This document shows, piece after piece, positions 35,185 through 42,317 of a DNA stretch of 64,000 nt. Each line of letters opens with the position of its first letter. Position 1 is the stretch's first letter. Below the pieces are notes generated by a model that saw only the letters and a list, made by a program, of their open reading frames with translations, ran no database searches and was not told the DNA's origin. The position numbers were made by a program, and so were the translations under genes. The stretch covers positions 25,021 through 89,020 of the forward strand of contig CAYWJH010000002.1 of assembly GCA_964458555.1 (NCBI GenBank). The letters run 5' to 3'. The DNA comes from an uncultured Spirochaetaceae bacterium. GTDB lineage: Bacteria > Spirochaetota > Spirochaetia > DSM-27196 > SLST01.

Positions 35185-38157
35185 ATGGCGAAGCAACGGG
35201 CAGAGGCGACCGGACAGCTCGAGATCACGCTTGACGAGCAGGGGCTCGAGGCGAAGGCCAGGTTCACTCCCGGCGAGGGAGAGACCTGGACGCCCGATCG
35301 ACTCATAGAGGCGATGCGCGCCAAGGGTATCGTCGAGGGGTTCAGACCCGACGACCTGCGCCGGACCTTCGCACTCGTTCTGCAGCGCGGCACGAGCGAG
35401 CCATTCGTCGTGGCGAAGGGGGTGCCTCCGGCCGAGCCGAAGCCCGAACAGGCACGCTTCCTCGAGATCGCCGTTCCCTCGCAGCTCGAAGAGCAGGCGC
35501 TGCGAGTGGTCGGCGAAGCGGCACCGCCGCGCATCACGATCGAGAAGAAGGAGCGGATCAAGAAGCAGAAGACCGTGACGCGCAAGCCCAAGCTACCGTT
35601 CCTCCCGACGAAGGAAGAGACGGTCGACTACGTAGACGAGAAGGTTCATCACGAGCGCGTCTACGTGGACCCGACCGTCGAGCGAACGGGCTACGCGACC
35701 GCCGGGCAGAAGATCGGGATGGTGGAAGGCAAGGACGAGGGCAAGGCGGGCAGGAGCGTCACCGGCGACCTCATTCCCACGCGCGTGCTCGCCGACCCGT
35801 ACTTCTACTGCGGCGACGGCGTCGAGCGACGACGCGACGAGCTCTACGCCGAGCACGACGGGTTCGTCCGCGTAGGCGCGAACTGGGTCGATCTCGTCCC
35901 CTTCGAGACGCACGACTGGAAGCTCACGATCTCGCACGACCGCGCGACGTGCTACTTCAGCTTCGACCCGGGGCACACGCACGCGAAACCGCCGACCGCC
36001 GTGGAGGTCCGCGCGAAGGCCGAAGAAATGGGCTTTCCGACCGACCAGCTTCTCGACGATGAGACGATCGAGGCGCTCATCGCTCGGGCGGTCTCGAGCG
36101 ACGAGCCGATCGAGAACGAACCGCTGAACGCGAGCCGCGACGCCTCCTTCGACATCTACGTCTCCGAGGACAAGCTCGAGGCGCTGCTCAACATCCACAA
36201 GGGCACCGGGCGCGGCGCTCCGCTGGACCTGAAGGAGCTCGGCCGCGCGATCAAGCAGAGCCGGCTCGTCCGGCTCGACTACGAGCAGATCAAGAAGGAC
36301 ATCGCCGCGTTTCTGCAGAGCACCGATACCGAGCTGATCGGCTACGTGCTCGCCGAGGGAACCGCCCCCGCGCCGGGACCCGAGCGCACGCTCGAGTTCA
36401 GCGTGCGCTTCCTGCCGGAGGAAAAGGCGCACGAGGTCGTCGAGCACCTCCGGCAAACGCTCCCCGAGGAGGGGCGCGCGGTCGAGAGCCTATTGGCCTT
36501 CCCGCCCGACGCGATCGAGGAGGTCGGGGAGGTCGAAGCCGACCAACGCGTGCTCACCGTTTCGCCGGAGGTCCCGGGCAAGCCGGGCGTCGACGTGTAC
36601 GGTCAGCAGACCCCGGGGGCGAGCGCGCCCGAGCCGGCGGTGGAGCTCTACGAAAACGTCGAATGGAAGGAGAACATCGTCATCGCAACCGCGCGCGGTC
36701 TGCTCCACCGCGGGCGTCGCGACGACACCGAGCTGCTGCGTGTGCTGCCCCACGGCGACGCGACGGTCTCCGTTCGCGTGACCGACAACAGGATGGCCGC
36801 GCTCGTCACGCTCACACCGCCGGTGGGAACCGGCAGACCGCTCGACTACGAAGACGTCGACGCCGCCGTGCGCGGCGCGGGCGTATCGAGCGGCGTGCGT
36901 GACGAGCTGCTCATGCGGGCGTGGGAGCGGGCGAGCGCCGGCGACGAGATCCGGGACCTGATCTTCGCCCGCGGTCGCCACGTAGAGAGCGGCGGCGAAG
37001 GCGAGTTGGAGATGCTCGTCGAGACCGCGTCCGGCAAGGGCATGACGCTGCGTGCCGACGGATCGGCCGACTACCGCAACCAGGATCGCATCACGACGGT
37101 CGCAAAGGGTACGCAGATCGCTCGGGTGCGCCCTCCCACCGATGAGAACCGCGAGGGCTGGGACGTTCTGGGCACCACCTTCCAGGCCGATAGCAGCTCA
37201 GCCGTCGAGGTGGACGCGGGCGAGAACATCGCCCTCGAGGAGGAGGCGGACGGGGCGCGGCTGCTCGTCGCGAAGATCGACGGGGAGCTCACTTACGAGG
37301 GCAACCGGTTCGAGATCCGGGCCTCGCACACCGTTGACGGCGACGTCGACCTGCATACCGGCAACGTGAAGTTTCCCGGCACGGTCACCGTCAAGGGCTC
37401 GGTACGCGCCGGGTTCTACGTCATGGCGGGGGGTGACGTCCAGGTCGCAGAGCTCGCCGAGGCGGCGCTCCTCAGCGCGGACGGCGACATCGTCGTGAAC
37501 CAGGGAGTCAAAGGGGCGGGCAAGGCCGTACTACGCGCGAAGGGCTCGGTCGGGCTGACCTTCGCCGAGCAGGCGACGATCCTCGCGGTGGGCAACGTCC
37601 AGGCGAAGAACTCGCTCGTGCACTGCGAGGTGAAGTCCAACGGCAAGGTGCGCATGATCGGCGACCGGGGCAGCATCGTCGGCGGCCGCGTACGGGCGCG
37701 CGAAGGCCTGGTGACGCACAATCTCGGCTCCGAACGCGGCGTGAAGACGCAGGTCGAGTTCGGCCAGAACTATCTGATCGCGGACAAGATAGAGAGCGAA
37801 GAGCGCGAGATGGAGAAGCTGAAGCGACAGGTCACCAAGATCGACCTTGCGATGAAGGACGCCGAGCGCGCCGGCGAGCGCAGCCGGCTCGACCAGCTGC
37901 ACACGAGGAAGCTCCAGATGCTGAAGGCGCTCGAGAAGCGGGGCTTGAGGGTCTTCACCTACCGCGAGCGGTTCGAAGAGCATCACGAATCGGAGATCGT
38001 CGTGGAGGGCACCCTCTACCCGGGGGTCGTCATCGAGACCCACGGCCGCACGCTCGAAATCACCTCGCCACGCAAGAACGTCATCGTGTCGTTCAGCCCG
38101 GAGACCGGCCGGATCGAGGAGCGCAGCGCCGCGAAGGAGTCGGAGCCCGAACGATGA
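35185..38157 (+). CDS. FapA/DUF342-family protein, unusually long (990 aa)
   Basis: Inner start M451 of ORF 33835..38157. FapA_N-like start QLEITLDEQGLEAKARF. C-terminal beta-helix GNVKFPGTVTVKGSVRAGFYVMAGGDVQV...IVGGRVRAREGL, then a coiled coil. Confidence 0.8.
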   Translation: MAKQRAEATGQLEITLDEQGLEAKARFTPGEGETWTPDRLIEAMRAKGIVEGFRPDDLRRTFALVLQRGTSEPFVVAKGVPPAEPKPEQARFLEIAVPSQLEEQALRVVGEAAPPRITIEKKERIKKQKTVTRKPKLPFLPTKEETVDYVDEKVHHERVYVDPTVERTGYATAGQKIGMVEGKDEGKAGRSVTGDLIPTRVLADPYFYCGDGVERRRDELYAEHDGFVRVGANWVDLVPFETHDWKLTISHDRATCYFSFDPGHTHAKPPTAVEVRAKAEEMGFPTDQLLDDETIEALIARAVSSDEPIENEPLNASRDASFDIYVSEDKLEALLNIHKGTGRGAPLDLKELGRAIKQSRLVRLDYEQIKKDIAAFLQSTDTELIGYVLAEGTAPAPGPERTLEFSVRFLPEEKAHEVVEHLRQTLPEEGRAVESLLAFPPDAIEEVGEVEADQRVLTVSPEVPGKPGVDVYGQQTPGASAPEPAVELYENVEWKENIVIATARGLLHRGRRDDTELLRVLPHGDATVSVRVTDNRMAALVTLTPPVGTGRPLDYEDVDAAVRGAGVSSGVRDELLMRAWERASAGDEIRDLIFARGRHVESGGEGELEMLVETASGKGMTLRADGSADYRNQDRITTVAKGTQIARVRPPTDENREGWDVLGTTFQADSSSAVEVDAGENIALEEEADGARLLVAKIDGELTYEGNRFEIRASHTVDGDVDLHTGNVKFPGTVTVKGSVRAGFYVMAGGDVQVAELAEAALLSADGDIVVNQGVKGAGKAVLRAKGSVGLTFAEQATILAVGNVQAKNSLVHCEVKSNGKVRMIGDRGSIVGGRVRAREGLVTHNLGSERGVKTQVEFGQNYLIADKIESEEREMEKLKRQVTKIDLAMKDAERAGERSRLDQLHTRKLQMLKALEKRGLRVFTYRERFEEHHESEIVVEGTLYPGVVIETHGRTLEITSPRKNVIVSFSPETGRIEERSAAKESEPER

Positions 38158-39131
38158 GCCTTGCGTACCTCGAGTACCCTTCCTGGCTCTCTCCGCAAAT
38201 CACACCGGGCCTGCCCATCCGCTGGTACGGGATCATGTACCTGCTCGCCTTCCTCACCGCGTTCCTGCTCTTCCGCTACGAGGCGAGCCGGTCGGGCCTG
38301 ACGCAGGATCGGGACCTGGTGGCGACCTTCTTCTACTGGACGATCCTGGGCGCGCTGGCCGGCGGGCGCCTCTTCTACGTCTTCGTTTTCGGCGACACCG
38401 AGATCTACCTGAGCAAGCCGTGGCTCATCGTGTGGCCCTTCACCGAAGGACGCTTCACCGGGATCCAGGGCATGAGCTACCACGGGGGCTTCATCGGCGC
38501 CGTCGCGGCGGTCGTGCTCTTCTCGCGCGTCCACCGCGTGAACCTGCTCGACTGGGGCGACACGCTCGCCGTGGCCACCCCGCTCGGCTACACCTTCGGC
38601 CGCCTGGGGAACTTCATCAACGGCGAGCTTGCCGGCCGCGTAACGACCGTCTCGTGGGGGATGATCTTCCCGCGGATGCCACGGTACTCGATGGAGGAGC
38701 CGTGGGTGCCCGGGGTGATCGCAGAGACGAACCTCGTCGTTCCCGACGGCGCGCTCATGGTCAACCTGCCCCGTCATCCATCGCAGCTCTACGAGGCAGT
38801 CCTCGAGGGCCTCGTACTCTGGGCGCTGCTCTGGTTCGTCTTCCGCCGGCGACGTCCCTTTCCCGGTGCGTGCGTCGCGCTCTACGTCACCGGGTACGGC
38901 GTGGCACGATTCTTCGCCGAGTACTTTCGCGCCACCGACGAGGCGGTCGGCTACCTCGTCGCGCTGGGCGATCGGCTCGCGATGCCGCAGTTCACCACCT
39001 CCGCGCTGCACCTGAGCGAAGGACAGATGATCTCGCTGGGGATGGTGCTCATCGGCATCACGCTGTACGTGTCGTTCCGGCTCATCGCACCGCAGGAGGC
39101 GGTCGTCGAGACGTTCGATCACACCGAGTAG
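38154..39131 (+). CDS. lgt: prolipoprotein diacylglyceryl transferase
   Basis: IRWYGIMYLLAF...GGRLFYVF...GMSYHGGFIGA...LGYTFGRLGNFINGELAGR...HPSQLYEA. ATGA overlap with the FapA-like gene. Confidence 0.9.
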   Translation: MSLAYLEYPSWLSPQITPGLPIRWYGIMYLLAFLTAFLLFRYEASRSGLTQDRDLVATFFYWTILGALAGGRLFYVFVFGDTEIYLSKPWLIVWPFTEGRFTGIQGMSYHGGFIGAVAAVVLFSRVHRVNLLDWGDTLAVATPLGYTFGRLGNFINGELAGRVTTVSWGMIFPRMPRYSMEEPWVPGVIAETNLVVPDGALMVNLPRHPSQLYEAVLEGLVLWALLWFVFRRRRPFPGACVALYVTGYGVARFFAEYFRATDEAVGYLVALGDRLAMPQFTTSALHLSEGQMISLGMVLIGITLYVSFRLIAPQEAVVETFDHTE

Positions 39132-40516
39132 CGCTGCTTACTCTTCGACAGGCGTTGACGCGAGGCGCGGATCTCGTCGCCGTAGACCGCGAGCAACCCC
39201 TCGAGCTTCTCGCGCAGTACGCCGAGCCCGAACTCGCTGCGGGCGATCCGGAAGTTCGTCTCGATCATCTCCCGCCGCGCCTCCGCATGGGTCAGGATGT
39301 GGTGCATCGCGTCGAGCGCCGAGTCGGGTATGGCGAGTAGCCCGTCCTCGTCGTAGCGGTCGCGGATCTCGATGTTCTGCAGACCGGTAATCATGATATC
39401 GGTCTTGTAGACGAGGTAGGTCGTCGTAATCACCGGCACTCTCGCCGCGATCGCCTCGAGCAGCGCGTTGCCGAACCCCTCCCAGATTGGCAGATAGGTC
39501 ACCAGATCCGCGTTGGCGAGGACGTCTCGGTTCGTGAACACGGGTCGCCCCCGCTCGTCGGTACCGCGTGTTGAGGCTACCCGATCGGCGATCATGTGAA
39601 ATGGAATGCCCGCAGCGTCGGCCCGATCGCGAATCTGCTCAATGTAGTTTTCGTTCGGCTCGTCGCCCTGGTAGAGCGAGATGATGTAGTGCATCCGATC
39701 GCGAAACTCCGGATAGCGTTCGACGAAGCGGACGAGCAGCCGCACCGAATCCTCGATCCGTTTGCGAGGCACGATCCGCGTCGGCTGAACGACGAGGATG
39801 TCGTCGTCGCGGAAGCCGAGCTCGCTGCGGAAGCTCGCGTTGTACTCGTCGCGGGTCACCGGATTCTCGTAGTCCTCGCAGTTCGGGATGACAAACGGAG
39901 AGACCCGCTTCAGCGAGCGGAGGATGTGCGCGGCGTACGAGCTGATAACGACGTGCTCGAGCCCGAGGTCGACCGGCGGCATGATCCGGGTGAGCAGCCC
40001 GCGAATACGCGTATCGCTGAAGCGGCTGCGCTCCCACCAGAAGTCGTGGTGATGGAAGATGGTGGCGACGCGCTGCTCGGTCGCGACCCGGTGCACGGCG
40101 AGGCCGCCGAGCAGCGTCATGGGCATGGCGTTCGTGTTCTCGGCGACGAGCACGTCTATGTCGTGCTCGCGGACGATGTCGTGGAGCGCGCCGGCCACAT
40201 CGGCCCCCTGCGCCTCCATCTGGTCGACGAGTTTCTGCCGCTGCTCGCCGTTGAGCTGCGGCGGCCGCTTACTGAGGTGGGGAAAGACGAGTCGCTCGTA
40301 CTCGCGCTGCTCCGGCGTGTCGAACCGGATCTGCGGAAGGTCGAGCTGACGGTCGGGCGCCGGACGCTCGAGCTGCGCGGCGTAGCGACCCGCCACGGTG
40401 ACGACCTCGTGGCCGAGAGACTCGAGTGTCTCGATCCACTTGTCCGCCTCGAGCGAGACGCCGTCGACGTCTCCCAGCTTCCCGCTGACGAAGCCGATGC
40501 GGAAGGGGGTTCTCAT
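39119..40516 (-). CDS. GT-B fold glycosyltransferase (GT4-like), acceptor unknown
   Basis: Start at M13 of ORF 39119..40552. FRIGFVSGKLGDVDGVSLEADKW...VVQPTRIVPRKRIE...YLPIWEGFGNALLEAIAARVPV (EX7E-like region). Confidence 0.75.
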   Translation of the reverse strand: MRTPFRIGFVSGKLGDVDGVSLEADKWIETLESLGHEVVTVAGRYAAQLERPAPDRQLDLPQIRFDTPEQREYERLVFPHLSKRPPQLNGEQRQKLVDQMEAQGADVAGALHDIVREHDIDVLVAENTNAMPMTLLGGLAVHRVATEQRVATIFHHHDFWWERSRFSDTRIRGLLTRIMPPVDLGLEHVVISSYAAHILRSLKRVSPFVIPNCEDYENPVTRDEYNASFRSELGFRDDDILVVQPTRIVPRKRIEDSVRLLVRFVERYPEFRDRMHYIISLYQGDEPNENYIEQIRDRADAAGIPFHMIADRVASTRGTDERGRPVFTNRDVLANADLVTYLPIWEGFGNALLEAIAARVPVITTTYLVYKTDIMITGLQNIEIRDRYDEDGLLAIPDSALDAMHHILTHAEARREMIETNFRIARSEFGLGVLREKLEGLLAVYGDEIRASRQRLSKSKQRYSV

Positions 40517-40559
40517 GAGCGTCAAAGTAGCGGAAAGGTGGACGCCGAGCAACGAGGTG

Positions 40560-40588
40560 TTGTGCGCACGCCCGCGCTGCGGGATAAT
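40560..40588 (+). promoter_or_regulatory. sigma-70-like promoter TTGTGC-N17-GATAAT, 6 nt upstream of ATG 40595
   Basis: ttgtgc(40560-40565), 17-nt spacer, gataat(40583-40588), gaggcg, ATG. Confidence 0.4.
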
Positions 40589-40594
40589 GAGGCG

Positions 40595-41485
40595 ATGGCA
40601 GGTTCAATCGCCGTCCTGGTGGACAACAGAGAGTTCGTCCGCTTCTGCCCGCTGCGCGAGGGCGAAAGCGGTCTCATCAACCTCACGACGATGCTCCCCG
40701 ACCAGGATCGCGCGTACATCGAGGTCTACTTCGTCAACGGGAACCTCCGCGAGCACATCCACACGTTTCACGCGTCGGAGATCCGCACCGGCGATCGCAA
40801 ACCGCAGATCGTCGTCTCAGCGCGCGTGCGCGGAAGCGCAACCGTCACGCTGCGCGTAGACGGAGAGCTCGTCGCCACCGAGGCCTTCTCGATTCCCGCC
40901 GCGATGCGCCGCGGGCGCCCCGGTCCCTGGATCGCCGCGGCCGGTGTGATCGTTCTCCTCGCGTTGCTCGGGTGGGGAATCTGGTGGATCACCTGGGGGT
41001 CCGGTCCCGTCGGGTCGTCCGGCGCGGCCTCCGCGGCCCGCGACGAGGCCGTCGCCGCGCCGGAAGCCGAGCCGCAGGACGACCCCGCTCCGCCGGCCGA
41101 GCCTCCCCCCTTGCCCGACGACCGTACGCTCTACTTCACCCCGGAAAGCGCCGACCTGATCCCGGAAACGCGCGCGAAGCTCGACGCGACGGCCACGGCG
41201 ATCGCCGAGTGGGCCACCACCGGTGGCGATCCCGCGCGGCTGACGGTCACCGCGATCGGGCACACCGCGCTCTACGACACCGAGGCGTCGCGACTCGAGC
41301 TCTCGCGTGAACGCGCGCGGGCGACCGCAGCCCGCCTCGAGGCGCGGCTGGAGGAGCTTGGTATCAGAGGCGTCAGGATCGAGACGTCAGGACGCGGCGG
41401 TCGCGACCCGGTCACTCGCGAGATCGAAACGCAGTGGCTCAATCGTCGGGTAGAGATCGCCGTCGAGACCGGCGCGGGCGAGTAG
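40595..41485 (+). CDS. membrane protein with a C-terminal OmpA/MotB-like peptidoglycan-binding domain
   Basis: Inner start of ORF 39596..41485 (MAGSIAVLV). TM WIAAAGVIVLLALLGWGIWWI, Pro-rich linker, LYFTPESADL...LSRERARATAARL...NRRVEIAV (OmpA-like). Confidence 0.8.
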   Translation: MAGSIAVLVDNREFVRFCPLREGESGLINLTTMLPDQDRAYIEVYFVNGNLREHIHTFHASEIRTGDRKPQIVVSARVRGSATVTLRVDGELVATEAFSIPAAMRRGRPGPWIAAAGVIVLLALLGWGIWWITWGSGPVGSSGAASAARDEAVAAPEAEPQDDPAPPAEPPPLPDDRTLYFTPESADLIPETRAKLDATATAIAEWATTGGDPARLTVTAIGHTALYDTEASRLELSRERARATAARLEARLEELGIRGVRIETSGRGGRDPVTREIETQWLNRRVEIAVETGAGE

Positions 41486-41514
41486 CGGCTGCCGCCCGGG
41501 CGGGACGGCGCGGC

Positions 41515-42303
41515 CTACTCGACCCACTCCACCGCGAGCGACGCGACGGGGCTTTCGACCCCCTGCCAGATCGCGATCACCCGGTACTCGGCCGCCGTGG
41601 GCTCGGGCGACCAGATGTAGGTTCCCTCGCAGCGCTGCGACTCCCAGTGCTCGTCGACGGTAGGCTCGGTGCCGTCGCGGTTGATGTAGAGCATCGCCGC
41701 GGCGTAGCCGCACGCGATCTCCAGCCGGGCGGCGGGGTCGGTGCCGTCGGAGACGGGGATCTCGACGCTGCCGGAAACCTCGCGCCCCTCGACGAGGAAG
41801 GTGGGCCTCGCCAGATCCGGCGATTCCTCGTGACGCCACTGGACGGCGAGCGTGAAGGGGTCGCTGTACCGCCCGTCGAGCTCGGCGACGACCTGGTAGA
41901 GCGCGACGCCTTCGAGCAGCCTCGTGATGGGCCGGGGAGACTCCGGATCGATCGACCCGCCCCAGTTGTTCTGCGCCGACGGGACGCTGCGGTCTCTCGT
42001 GACGTAGAGCGCCACGTCGGGGTTGGCGCTCATGGGTAGCAACCGCCCGGCCGGCGGCCCGCCGGTGGGAAGCGTCACGGTCTCCCCGGATACGAAGGAC
42101 GTGCCGTCGGCCGCTTGGAAGTAGGCGACCTCCGGCTCTTCGAGCGGGCCGGCAGACTCGTCGGCCGGTTCGGTAGTCTCGGCCGGTTGCTCTTGAGCGG
42201 CCTCATCCCCGGGAGCGTCCTGCGGAGCCTCTTCCTGAGAGGCGCAGCCTGCCAGCCACAGGAGCACGCCGAGCCCCACGATCATTCTGAGTACGGCCTT
42301 CAT
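41515..42303 (-). CDS. lipoprotein (hypothetical)
   Basis: Start at M44 of ORF 41515..42432: MKAVLRMIVGLGVLLWLAGC (lipobox), GGAGGT SD, 14 nt downstream of the lnt stop. Confidence 0.7.
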   Translation of the reverse strand: MKAVLRMIVGLGVLLWLAGCASQEEAPQDAPGDEAAQEQPAETTEPADESAGPLEEPEVAYFQAADGTSFVSGETVTLPTGGPPAGRLLPMSANPDVALYVTRDRSVPSAQNNWGGSIDPESPRPITRLLEGVALYQVVAELDGRYSDPFTLAVQWRHEESPDLARPTFLVEGREVSGSVEIPVSDGTDPAARLEIACGYAAAMLYINRDGTEPTVDEHWESQRCEGTYIWSPEPTAAEYRVIAIWQGVESPVASLAVEWVE

Positions 42304-42317
42304 AACTACCTCCGACT

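Noticed and set aside
33835-38157. The 1440-aa ORF in the track could be read as one giant protein.
   Set aside because: Its first 450 codons are an out-of-frame read-through across the membrane-protein and MinD-like genes and give Arg/Pro-rich nonsense. The real FapA-like gene starts at the internal ATG at 35185, right after the MinD-like stop.
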